From the human T2T-CHM13v2.0 reference genome, Homo sapiens, in the NCBI RefSeq assembly GCF_009914755.1, contig NC_060930.1: DNA of 64,000 nucleotides; one strand, 5' to 3'. Position numbers and translations under genes: made by a program. Positions 1 to 13,329 of the stretch are shown piece by piece. The notes beneath the pieces are model-generated. The model was not told the DNA's origin. It saw only the letters and a program-made list of their open reading frames with translations, and searched no databases. The stretch's first letter is position 1, and each line of letters opens with the position of its first letter.

Positions 1-624
1 TAAATTGCAGTATTAAAATTAGCATTCTTAACATGCTTCAAAACTTTTTTTCTTTTTATTGCCAGAGGCACCTTTCTTCTCTAAATCTCTGATCTTCCTT
101 TTAGGGCCAGAAGGACTCCACCAAATTTCAACACTAAGATAACCACCTGTTACCAGTCATCAACAAATAGTTACTGAGGACCTGCCATGCATCAGGAACT
201 GCAGATGCAGGAAATAATATGGACAACAGACACAGATTCTGCCTCATTACTTTTGTAGTTTTCTAGTGTTCAACTCTTGATATACATATAAGATCCGCAT
301 CATCTGTTAAACATAGAGCTTAGATCCTCTCATGAGAGTTCAGGCGCATTCAGGGTGATGTGGCTGTAGCCTCTGATTCTCTTAGATTGGCAGTGAAGGA
401 AGAATCGCTACAAAGGCAGGATCCGCTGCACTTCAGAATCTCACCTCCTGGCCCTAAAATCCACCTTGAAGAGTCCTTGCCTCCTGCCCAAGTAGCCACA
501 AACTACTCTCCAAAAAGCACAACTCTTCCTTCAACAAGACTCTTTTCTTCAAAAACCACATGCAAAGTGAAGTCTTCACTGGGTATGTTTAGACCAGACA
601 TTACTAAAGTAACTACTTGTGGTG

Positions 625-770
625 AGACATGAGCTGGTAGCTGTGCGTTTACGTGGGGCTGTGTGCTCAGAAAGGCCCTGTGCTTGGTTTAATGCTCTAT
701 TGTCGCTGTCTTAGAATTCTCTGCATTTTTATTTTGCCCTGGGCCCCATAAATTATGTGCCTGATTCTGC
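625..770 (+). mobile_element. MER91A-like hAT-Tip100 MITE
   Basis: GCTCAGAAAGGCCCTGTGCTTGGTTTAATGCTCT...TTTTGCCCTGGGCCCCATAAATTATGT resembles the MER91A consensus as recalled. Confidence 0.6.
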
Positions 771-3319
771 AGCCAGACTTTTTGGTCTTTGAGGATAGAT
801 TACTTGTGTGGGGACTATGGCTCTTCACAGTGGTACCTCCTTTCTTCTTCAGATACTGAACTTTAAGAGACAGACACTGTCTTAACTCCATCACACAGGA
901 ACACAACCCTTCACATCTTCTTACAGAGCTGGGATTTTCACTCCCTTTTATTTCTCCCTCTCAGTTCTGTGGTCGTCCTTGAGGCTCGTCTTTTCCTTGG
1001 GTAACCAACACTGAAAATGGTGTCTGCCTTCAAGAACGTGGTAGCTCTCCACAAAGCCTTAGAGTCCTAAGAACAATAACCATAGCAGAGTATGTGCCAC
1101 ACAAGGTAGTGCTGTGAGATACACACACACACATGCCCCCAGAAGAAAGGGTTTCATCACAATAGATTACTGAGGGAAATCCTGTGAGGTGAAGAGGACA
1201 GTATCTCTATCAAACAGGTAAGAAAAGGCAGAGACTTGAGGACATCTGCTCCTTCTGTGGGGCAGGAAATTATTTCTCCATTTCATGTTCCCTTCAAGGG
1301 AAAAACAAAACAGGAAGCTCAAACTAGGTTACCCTGCTGCTATGTGACTTTGTGTAAACCACTTAACCCCCTGATCTTCTGTTTTTTCCTAGAAACAAAG
1401 GCCTGAGAAGGGATGAGTTCAGCAATCCCTCTGGGCCCCAAATTCTCTTATTCTAGGAAAAAATGAATGTTCTTATAATGAGAGATTAATGCAGAAGGAA
1501 GTAAAGACAACTGCATTGTGGTGGGAAATTTATGCCTGAGGTACATTTTAATTTTTAATGTCTTAATAGCCCCCAGTTTTAAATAGTCCTGACCTCTTTA
1601 AAGATGGCTGCACCACATCATACTGCCTATTACTGGGAGAAACAATCCTCTTGTCCTAAGACATAACATTTCTTAGAAAAGATACCGATCTTAAGAAAGA
1701 TTCTACTGATGAGCTTTCAATTTGCTCTGTTGTCAGGGAGCCCATAGAGATCACATTTTGAAAAAATTAACCAAGGGCAGCTGAGGAAAATTGTCATAAA
1801 GAACTCGTTTTCCTTCTGTAATAATAATTACGTAAGAGCACTGTAATGAGAAAGAAACAAATGAAGAGGGGCACAGGAACAGGGCACAAAAAGCAGTGTT
1901 GTGCACGTGTCAAGTCGAATGGGAGATGGGGTAGAGATTAAGAGGAAAATGGACACCATTTGTTAGTAGATTAAGCAGAAAGTGTATCAGTCAGGATGCT
2001 CATAATTGCTCTATCAAATGGCTAAGGAAGCTATTTAGCTCTTTGTTTCTTCAGTTAACCATGAAGGGTGAATGTTAGAAATGAAAAGGAAAAAGGTTGA
2101 TAAATTATACAGAACTGCAGGGTGGAATACTGCTTATCTTCCCTGGAGTTATGGTGAGAATAGCTTTGAGCAAATTCCAAATTTTCATATGGGTTCTTCA
2201 TTTCTGTCCTCCATTCAGCTTTCCATAACAGGCATAGATTATTTATCACAGCTCCCGTTATTGCATCAGCTTGAGTAGTCCTCTGGCTCTGTCTGCAGGA
2301 GGATACTCATTTTGCATTTGTAATTACCAAACTTAAAAGGAGCCAGTTAATTCTGCTTCTGCTCAGGGGTCTCATTTAGTAGAATGATGTCTTAAGAAAA
2401 AATATGGGAACTGAATTTTGTTTGGGCCTGGAATCCCAATTACTCTTAATCCCAGTATCTCACTGGTATAGGTAACTAATGTTTATAGAAGGGATAAACT
2501 AATGTTTATCCACTCTTCCCCCAAATTTCTTTTCACTGCATTAAACAATTGTTAGTTTAGTAAATTTGACCTGCTAGGGAGCTCAGAAGCAGAATCCTTC
2601 CTTCTTTAATCTTGCATTTATATAGAAAAGTGTGAGTTGGAGAGGTAACAATTATAGTTAATTAAGTTAATATACATGGTCCAAACATCATTCTAGTGAT
2701 ATAGGCTCCTGCAGTTAAAGAGTTCCAGTTAACTGGATTAAGCTCCTCCCTCTGTTCCATGTAGCAAATATCAGTTTTATAGTAATATTAGTTCTATTTG
2801 TCATATCTGTTAACAGTTGAAGGTATCTATTTTAAAATCAAAGGTAGTATTCACTACCAGACAGAAAGCCAACTTTTAAATTTTATTTACCTCAAGTTTT
2901 GTTTTTGTTTTTAATGAAGACCAAAGAAATGTGTATATAAATGGCTTTTAATGCCATAGATACATTAAAAGTATAATGGTATTTTTATCATCAAGCTTCA
3001 TTTCATTGTAGTTTTCATTATCCTCTCTCTGCAGTGACTTTTTTCTCCTTTTTAATTTCCATAACACTATGCCATGTATTTCTTTCATAATGACTGATGA
3101 TGAATGCTGATTTTTAACATTAAATATTTTATGTGAAGAATTAAACCATTAGCAGACTGTGCAGAAATATGAATGTATCATATTCAAATTACCAAGTTAG
3201 ATCCAAAAATTTAACATGTTTGATATAAAATTTTAGCAAATTCGTGTAAGTATAACCTCCTGAAAACTTTAGAGACAGATAACCCACTGTTCACTTAAGA
3301 AACATAAACATACAGTTTT

Positions 3320-3614
3320 CTTTTTCTTTTTCTTTTTTTTTCTGAGACGGGGTCTTGCTCTGTCATCCAGGCTGGAGTACATTGGTGCGATATCTGCTCA
3401 CTGCAACCTCTGCCTCCCAGGTTCAAGCAATTCTCCTGCCTCAGCCTCATGAGTAGCTGGAACTACAGGCATGCACCACCAAGCCCAGCTAATTTTGGTA
3501 TTTTTTTTAGTAGAGACGGGTTTTCACCATGTTGGCCAGGCTGGTCTCGAACTCCTGACCTCCCCTTGGCCTCCCAAAGTGCTGGGATTACAGGCGTGAG
3601 CCACCATGCCCGGC
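3320..3614 (-). mobile_element. AluS element
   Basis: Antisense dimeric Alu with a T-rich tail; TSD AAACA(T/C)ACAGTTTT at 3306-3319 and 3615-3628; small deletion in the left arm. Confidence 0.95.
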
Positions 3615-4887
3615 AAACACACAGTTTTCAAAATACTATCCATTTGTATAGTGCTTTTTCAGTTTTTAAAGCACAAGTTTAAACATTTTATTGGACTTTC
3701 ACAACAAAAATATAAGAGACACAAGATATTTTATTCTCCATTCTATAGATGAGGAAGCCAAGACCTCATTAAAGTGTGGTGCCCCAGTCTACCTAGCACC
3801 TATAACTAGCAGAGTTCAAAATACAGTCTAGCTGTATTGACCTTCAGTGTTTGTGCTGGGTAAATTCATCCCCTTTCTATGAAGATTTGTCATTATTTGG
3901 TTCTAGGACTGGATATGCATTCATTAGTGCAAATCTAATCCTTGAGTAGTATAGGCACACCTTGGAGATGTCGTGGATTTGGTTTCAGAGCACTTCAATA
4001 AAGCGAAAATTGCAGTAAAGTGAGTCACACAGATCATTTGGTTTCCCAAGCATATAAAAGTTATGTTTACACTATATTGTAGTCTATTAAGTGTGTAATA
4101 GCATTATGTTTTAAAAAACAATGTACGTGCCTTAATTTTAAAATATTGTATTGCTAAAAAAATGCTAATGATCAGCTGGGCCTTCGGTGAGTTGTAATCT
4201 TTTTGTTGATGGAGGGTCTTGCTTCGATGTTGATGGCTGCTAACCAGGGTGGTGGTTGATCAAAATTGGGGTAGCTGTGGCAATTTCTTAAATTAAGACA
4301 ACAGTGATTTGCCACATTGATTGACTCTTCTTTTTATGAAAGAGTTTTCAGTGGGATGCAATATTGTTTGACAGCATTTTAACCACAGTAGAATTTATTT
4401 CAAAATTGGAGTGTGTCCTCTCAAAATGTGTCTCTACTTTATCAATGAAGTTTATGTAATATTCTAAACCCACTGTTGTCATCTCAACAATGTTCACAGC
4501 ATCCTCACCAGGAGTAAATTCCATTTCAAGAAACCATTTTCTTTGCTCAGCCATAAGAAGCAACTCCTCATCCTTTCAAGTTTGATCATGAGATTGCAGC
4601 AATTCAGTCACATCTTCAGATTCCACTAATTCTCTTGCTATTTCTACCATGTCTGCAGTTACTTCCTCCACTGAAGTCTTGAAGTTCCCAAAGTCATTCA
4701 TGAGGGTTGATATCCATATCTGCCAAACATCTGTTAAGGTCAATAATTTGAACACCTTTCATGAATCACAGAAGTTCTTAATAGCAGCTAGAATGGTGAA
4801 TCTTTTCCAGAAGGTGTTCAATTTGCTTTGCTCAGATCTATGAGAGGAATCACAATGGGAGCTATAGCCTTATGAAATATATTTCTT

Positions 4888-5196
4888 TTCTTTTCTTTTC
4901 TTTTTTGAGACGGAGTTTTGGCTCTTGTTGCCCAGGCTGGAGTGCAATGGTGCGATCTCAGCTCACCGCAACCTCCACCTACCTCCTGGGTTCAAGCGAT
5001 TCTCCTGCCTTAGCCTCCCAAATTCCTGGGATTACAGGCATGTGCCACCATGCCTGGCTAATTTTGTTTTTTTTTAGTAGAGATAGGGTTTCTCCATGTT
5101 GGTCAGGCTGGTCTTGAACTTCCGACCTTAGGTGATCCGCCCGCCCCAGCCTTCCAAAGTGCTGGGATTATAGGCGTGAGCCACCACGCTCGGCCT
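4888..5196 (-). mobile_element. AluSp-like element inserted in Tigger1
   Basis: Sp-type diagnostics (CTCTTGTTGCCC, CAATGG, CTCACCGCAAC, TTTCTCCATGTTGGTCAGG); imperfect TSD GAAATATATTTCTT / GCAATGTACTTCTT. Confidence 0.9.
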
Positions 5197-5501
5197 GCAA
5201 TGTACTTCTTAAATAATAAGACTTGAAAGTTGAAATTACTCCTTGATCCATGTACTGTAGAATGGATATTGTAATAGAAGGCATGAAAGCAACATTAATC
5301 TCCTTGTACATCTCCATCAGGACTCTTGGGTGATTAGGTCACCCAAGATTACTGTCAGTGAACAGTAATCTTTTGAAAGGAGCCTTTTTAAATAAACAGT
5401 AGGTCTCAACAGTAAGCTTAAACACATTCAATAAACGATGCTGTGAACAGATGTGATATTTACACATATGTTTAAAACGCTTTTTATTTAAAGTGAGAGA
5501 C

Positions 5502-6082
5502 ATCACAGAACATAAAACAGAACTACCATTTGACCCAGCAATCCCATTACTGAGTACATATCCAAAAGAAATTAAATTGTTCTACCAAAAGAAATGTGTA
5601 CTCACATGTTTATTGCAGCACTATTCACAATAGCAAAGACATGGAATCAACCTAGGTGCCCATCAGTGGTGGACTGGATAAAGAAAATGTGGTGCATATA
5701 CACTATGGAATAGTATGCAGCCATAAAAAATGAAACCATGTTCTTTGCAGCAATTTGGGTGCAGCTGGAGGCCATTATCCTAACTGACTTAATGCAGGAA
5801 TAGAAAACCAAATACCGCATGTCTCACTTATAAGTGGGAGCTAAACATTGAGCACCCATGGACAAAAACATAGGAACAATAGACACTGCAGACTACTAGA
5901 GGTAGGAGGGAGAGAAGGGGCAAGGATTGAAAAACTAACTATTGGGTATTATGGTCAGTACCTGGGTGATGGTACCATTTGTACCCTAGACCTCAGGGTA
6001 CAATGTACCCAGGTAACAAACTTGCACATGTACCCCCTGAATCTAAAATAAAAGTTGAAATTACAACAAAAGTAATAAAAAA
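5502..6082 (+). mobile_element. L1 3' fragment (old L1PA, L1PA15/16-like), 5'-truncated, inserted in Tigger1
   Basis: L1 ORF2 end plus 3'UTR (GACCCAGCAATCCCATTACTG...CCCCCTGAATCTAAAATAAAAG) and A-rich tail; TSD TAAAGTGAGAGAC / TAAAATGAGAGAT made of Tigger1 sequence. Confidence 0.9.
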
Positions 6083-6958
6083 TAAAATGAGAGATGTGTG
6101 ACTCTATCTTGAACACTTAGAGGCCATTGTAGGACTATTAACTGGTCTGCTTGCAATATTGTTGTGTCTCAGGGAATAGGGAGGCCTGAGGAGAGGAAGA
6201 AAGACAAGAACAGCTGGTTGGTGGAGCAGACAGCACACACACTTATTGATCAAGTCTGCTGTCTTATGTGGGTGTAGTTTATGGTGCCCGAAATAATTAC
6301 AGTAGTAACATCAAAGATCACTGATCACAGATCACCACAACAGATATAATAATGAAAAAGTTTAAAATACTGAGGGAATTACCCAAATGTGGCACAGAGA
6401 CACGAAATGAGCACATGCCTTTGGAGAAATGCTGCTGGCAGACTTGCTCAATGCAGGGTTGCAACACATCTTTAATTAAAAAAAAAAAGCAGTATCTGTG
6501 AAGCAGAATAAAGTGAGGCACAGTAAAACAAGGTACGCACAAATTTTAAAAGAGAGCTGAAGTAATTTTTGTAAAAGTACAGAACTTAGAAGAAATGAAA
6601 GAGGTGTCAAATAATTTGAAACTTACAGTTGTTAATAGTCTTACTCTCTCTGGATGGAGCAACGGTTCCTCTCATAAAATATCATGCTGGGATGAGAAGG
6701 ATTATAGTAGATTCATCAAGGCTAGCAAAAGAGGAGATAAACTAGTTGCTTGAATAATTTCTGAGAATGACAACAGTAGAATTAGTACACCAGTTCCAAT
6801 ATCTCCTCCACACTAATAGGTACATTTTTTAGTCAGAAATTTCATTATAGACTGATTCTCCAAATCTCCCTATATGGGACATTATTTTTATTGCTGTTTT
6901 AGATAATATTTGTTTTAGATTTATCCACATTTATCAATACCATCGCTCACTATTCCTT

Positions 6959-7184
6959 TTTTATTGGTCTCAGCTTTATTGAGATATAATTCACATGCAA
7001 CTCACCTATTTAAAAGTGTACCTACATTTTAATATATTCACAGTATTGTGCAATCATCACCATAATTAACTTTACATTTACGTTTTCATCATCCCCCAAA
7101 AAAACACTGTACCCTTTAGCAGTCTACCCCATTTCTCCATTTTTCCCTCCCAGCCCTTGGCAACCACTAATCTAATTTCTGTCG
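6959..7184 (-). mobile_element. L1MB-type 3' end fragment
   Basis: CAGCTTTATTGAGATATAATTCACAT...CCCAGCCCTTGGCAACCACTAATCTA is a typical antisense L1MB 3'UTR; duplicated CACTATTCCTT on both flanks. Confidence 0.8.
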
Positions 7185-7674
7185 CACTATTCCTTCTTGC
7201 ATCTCAGCTCTTTCATTTTCCTTCTGCCAGAAGTAGAATTTCCTTCCATTCAGCAAACAAAAATTGTGACGTTTCAAACCAAATGCAGAAATATTTTCCT
7301 TAATTTCTTCTCATTCCCAAAGGCAAAAATATGTAGGACTTCTTTCTTTGAGCTGTTTTCTTCATTAGGATGAACTAATTCTTGAAATATCATCCTAATG
7401 ATCAGCTGTTGAGACTAGCGGTGAGTTGAAGCTGGTTTTAAAAGAGTTAAGTTACTAAAATTTTCTCCTCAAAAAATTAATCTGACTTTCTTTTTCTTAA
7501 CTGGATTTTAAGTCATTTAGTGTTCAGTAAAGACCTCTTAGGTTAGTAATTGCCTCCAAAATATATAAGACACAAACTTGTAAAGAAGAGTCAGCATCCA
7601 GGAGGCAAAACACCTTCACGGGGACCAGGGAAATGTATTGAGATATCAGAATAAAGTTCGCATTTATTGAGCGG

Positions 7675-8680
7675 TGTTAAAGAAAAACAAAGCTAGACAC
7701 TAGTTAAAGGTGATAAAGACAGCTTCTATTCAGTAATACTACTGCAGTAGTAGAGAGAGACTTCAGTATGTTAGCTATGAGTTCTAAATTTCTCTTCAAA
7801 TAATCAATATGTCAGTATGTTCAATTCTTTGCCTTCTACTTTTAAACTTAACTTCCTCGGAAAGCAACCTTTTTCGATTACCTGCTCCACCCTGACTCAT
7901 TCCAATTACCTGCTCTGTCATAACCATTTTTCCTGCCAAACCTTACTCACCCCGTCATTCTCTTTAAATTAGCCAACTGGAATTAGTTTAGCCTGTGTGG
8001 TCTAACCCTAGCCAACAGGGGAACAACACAGCAGCAGGGGCCACATGTGTCAGGGATAAGAACCCCTTCCCCTCCCTTGTCCAAGGGTGCACTCACCATT
8101 GCTCCATCTGTAAGGGCACACCCTTCTATAGAAGTACATTGCCTTGCTGAGAATTAAAAAGAAAATTTTACATTCAAGTGCTATTTCTTTTGCAGCACGG
8201 AAACTTTATTTATAACAAGTATAAAACTGAGCTCGACTCCAACTGTGTAGAGGTGATGGTGGTTTAAAGAGAGACTGATGAAACAGGGAAGGAGAAACCA
8301 GTGGCAGGTCCAACAGAGTGAGGGAAATGGAAAATTACAAAAACAAGAAGGGGCTTGGTCAATGTAATCAGGCCATCTGGTTTATTAATTGGCACTTATA
8401 TGGAGAAGAAACAAACTTCGTACCTCCAGGACAGGAGGCAGTTTTACAAATTAGGTAAGGCACCTAACAAAATTCTTCCCTTACCCTCCCAAGGAGCCTG
8501 GGAGGCAAAAGAACAAGAGGGAGGTAAGAAGACAGGAGACGGGATGGGAGTGGGGGAGTGGGGGTTGGGGATCGGTGGAACTCACACTACCTCCTTTGAG
8601 GTCAAAGAGACAGCTCCAGGTCATTAAGGAGACAGTTCTGGGTGGTAGAAGATTTACATCTCAAACAGGCAGTTTATAAT
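7675..8680 (-). mobile_element. ERV1 solo LTR (MER67/MER31-like), split by LTR10
   Basis: Starts TGTTAAAGAAAAACAAAGCTAGACACTAGTTAAAG and resumes at 8222 after the LTR10; subfamily and right boundary uncertain. Confidence 0.5.
7769..8217 (+). mobile_element. LTR10A/LTR10F solo LTR (HERV-I/HERVIP10 group)
   Basis: TG...CA termini, exact 4-bp TSD AGTA (7765-7768, 8218-8221), and the characteristic GATTACCTGCTCCACCCTGACTCATTCC unit. Confidence 0.88.
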
Positions 8681-9199
8681 CAGGCTAACTATTCATACTT
8701 TGAAAGCAATCTCTCTTTTCACTTTTTCCACTTTTAAGATCTTCTCTTTTACTTTGGTGTTCTATAGCTTTTCTTTAATATGTCTTCGTGTAGAAATCTT
8801 TTCATTTATCTTGTTTGGGATCCACTAGGTTTCCCATTTCTAAGACTGGATCTTTTAAAAATTTGGGGAAATTCTTGTCACCCCATTGAGTATTCCTCTT
8901 CTCCATTATCTCTATTATCTCCGCCTGAAACTCTGATTAGATGTATGCTAAACCTTCTTACACTAGCCTCTGTAATAACCTATGTTTCATGTTTTCTATA
9001 TTTTCATCTCTCTGGACTGCATTCTAGTTTGTTTCTTAGGATTGATCTGCCAGTTCACTATCTTCATTACATCTAATATGTTGAATGGTATTATCCATTT
9101 CATTTTAATTTTTAATTATTATATATTACTTTGCAGAATCTTATATTGTACAAACACTTGGTCTTTTTTTATGGTCTCAGGTTCCCTGATCATATTTTC

Positions 9200-9923
<724 letters not shown>

Positions 9924-9927
9924 TTAG

Positions 9928-10226
<299 letters not shown>

Positions 10227-11229
10227 TAAACATAACTGTTTTATATTCCATGTCAAAAATTCTATTATATGAGGATTTTGTGGTCTGTCATTTTACTCAC
10301 AGTGCCTTACTTCTTTTACTGTTTTGTGATACTTCACTCTTGACTGTTCATTTTATAAGAAACTTTATTTGTGGTATCTTGAATCCTGGGCTGAAGTTGA
10401 GTTCTTTCGAAGAAGTTATACATTTTTTTCTACTAGTCACCTAAGGACATGGTCGTCTGGGATCATGCTTGAGGTTTTATGGACCACACATGCAGGATGA
10501 ATCAGAACCCAAACTCAAGCAAAGACCAATTTGGGATTATGAATCCTCAGAGAATTCCATTCTCTCACACTATGCCAAAATCAATTTGCTTGTGAAATAT
10601 CAGAGTTCATTGCAAATTCATTCTTACATTGGCAGTATAGCTCTCTAGAATACTGTTTTTATGAATGCCTCCTGTTAGATTCCCTGCACTGACCAAGACC
10701 TAGGCTGTATCTCACAGCTGGTCCCACAAAACCATCAGAATGGAAGCCAAAGAATTCTAGGGTTTAGCAAAAATTCTCACAGCAATAGCCACTTGATAAC
10801 TTGCTTACCAATTGGGTGTTCTGATTTTATTTTATGTTAGGGATCTGTTCACTCCTTACTTTCCAGCAGCCTCATAGATATAGTTTTATATTTATAGATT
10901 TAGACATATATTTTAAATATTTCATCATATATTTTAGTTATTTCAACAGTGAGGGTGATATAAATGATATAGGGTACCTATTCTACCATACTATCAGAAA
11001 TAAAAATTGCTTTTATTTTATTCATTTTCTCTTAAATTCATATAAATTCATTGCCCCCCCCCCCATTTAATCAGCCACTTAGAGGAAAAACTTCTATATC
11101 TGTTCTTTTATGGACATTCAAAGATTTTATTTTGTTTTTGTTTCATTTTTAGCAACAAATGCTTCTTTCAGTTTACAGGAAAAAAAACGGTTCTATTTGA
11201 AAGTTACTCTGACATGCTATTAAAGGCAG

Positions 11230-11810
11230 TGTGGAATTGTACATGGCTCCCATAACCTTTGTCTTGGTGTTACTACTATTATTGCAGTACATTTACAAGG
11301 CAAAAGATTTTGCAGATTGTAATTAATGTTACTAATCAGCTGAACTTAAGATAGGGAGATCACTCAGGTGGGTCTAATTTAATCAGATAAGCCCTTTAAC
11401 AGCAGAGTATTTTCTCTAGCAAGTAGCAGAAGGAGTGATTAGATTCCAAGCAAGAGAAGGATTAACATAGTGTTGCTAGTTTGAAGATGCAAGGATTTGG
11501 AAAGCAGCCTCTAGGAGCTGTGACCCCTAGTCAATAGCCAGCAAGAAAACCGGGACCTCATTCCTACAACCACAAGGAATTGGATTCTGCCAACCACAAG
11601 AATGAACTTGGAAGCAGATTCTTCCCGAGAGTCATCTCCAGACGAGAGCACAATCCACCTGACAGCTTGATTTCAGCCTTGTGAGATGCTCAGCAGAGAA
11701 TCCAGTTGAGCCTACCTGGATTTCTGACCTAAAGAACTATCTGCTAATAAATGGATGTTAAGTTTCCATGGTGGTGGGCATTTGTTATGCAGCAATAGAA
11801 AACTAATGCA
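11230..11810 (+). mobile_element. MLT1E-type MaLR solo LTR
   Basis: Begins TGTGG and ends GCAGCAATAGAAAACTAATGCA; 5-bp TSD GGCAG/GGCAT; MLT1 core motifs. Confidence 0.85.
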
Positions 11811-13048
11811 GGCATATTTCCCTATCACCTGTAGCTTTAAGAAAAAACAAAACTAGTGATTTTTTCTTGAAGCTTTTTGTTCGGGGAACACAGAATGCCA
11901 AACAACAAAAGCTCACCTTCAAGAGATACATTGTGCCTATGACTATACTATTAAACTTTGAACAGAGAAGATAATGCAATTGAGTTTGCTATTGGCAAGC
12001 AAAGGTCAATTTAGTGAAATGTCAAATACTTTTCGGTGAAAAGGCAGATCATTATATCTGACACCAAGTCAGTGTTCTGGGTTGTAATCTGTAAACTATT
12101 GTCTTCACATAACTCTCACAGAAGCTGACTCCTCTCTGTCTTTTCTCAGGTTAAAGCCATGTTCTTCAGTGCTCACCTGTGGGCTCTGGAAGTGCCCTCT
12201 TTCCTTGATGAGGCTCTAGGTCTCTGCGGCAAAGTGGAGCCACTTTGCATTTAGCTACATGTTGACCTCCCTCTTCCTCCAATTCACCCTTAATTGCCTT
12301 TCTGGCTTCATTTCTGATAAATGTCCACACAGACCCTAAATTTGGAAGATATTTATTGTTGCCCAGACATGCCAGGTACTTTCCAAATTTCCAGCATTGT
12401 TCTTCCTTCCCTGCATGATGCCCGTTCTTCCATTTCCACCTGTAGAAATTGTAGTTATCATTCAATATTCAGCTCAGGTGTCACTTGCCCCATTTCTTGA
12501 TTTTTCCAGGCAGAATTGGATAGTTCCTATTTTGTGTTTCCAAAGGCTTCAAAATAGCTTTTGCCCTCTGTTGTGTAATTGCCATGACATTAAGTTACTG
12601 ACATTAAGAACAATGGCCTGTACGTCTATGAATCCCCAAAGCCTGGTGCAGTTCATTATTAGATGTTTGATCCTTGTTTGTGGAATTGAGTGAACCTAAT
12701 GTGGCTCAGGCCCAGTGAGATAAACAAAATAATCAGGTGCAAAAAAGAGTTCTATGCAAAAGAATAGTTCTATTTTTTTAAATGTATGAGTCAGCATATT
12801 GCTCACTACTTTCTCTTTAATTGGATTGTGTAGCCTCAATGTTTCTCCCAAGTTTTCATAACCTGTGAGTCGACCACCATGCTTCAAAACCAGATGATTT
12901 CAACAGGTTCATCTCTCTGTCCTGTGCTATAACATCCTTACAATCTGATACACATCTACATACAAAAGCCTCATTCAGCTGCCTAAAAGTTGCTTTTACT
13001 AAACAACTCTCCCTCTAAAACCCCGTAATAACTTTCCATAGCCTAGAA

Positions 13049-13329
13049 CTGCATGGTCTAATATGGTAGTCACTAGCCCCTAGCCATGAGCACAGCTTGA
13101 GATGTACCAAAAGTGTTAAATGTCCACTGGATTTCAAAGACATAGTATGAAAAAAAGAATGTCAAATATATTGATTTTATGTTGTGATGCCTATATTGGG
13201 TAAAGAAAATTTATCACTGAAATTAATTTCCCGTTTCTTTTTACTTTTTCTAATGAGGCCTCTAAAATTGTAAATTACCTACGTGGTTTGCATTTGTGGC
13301 TTGTATTATACTCTACTGGGATGTGCTAG
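13049..13329 (+). mobile_element. MER33-like hAT-Charlie MITE
   Basis: TCTAATATGGTAGTCACTAGCC...CACTGGATTTCAAAGACATAGTATGAAAAAAAGAATGT pattern. Confidence 0.65.

Larger units (their letters stand above)
3952..6540 (-). mobile_element. Tigger1 (TcMar-Tigger) DNA transposon, internally deleted and interrupted by an Alu and an L1
   Basis: Both termini are recognisable (TAGGCACACCTTGGAGAT at 3952; AAACAAGGTACGCAC near 6540). ORF 4348-4563 ([31 protein letters not shown]) is degraded Tigger transposase C-terminus. Confidence 0.9.
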
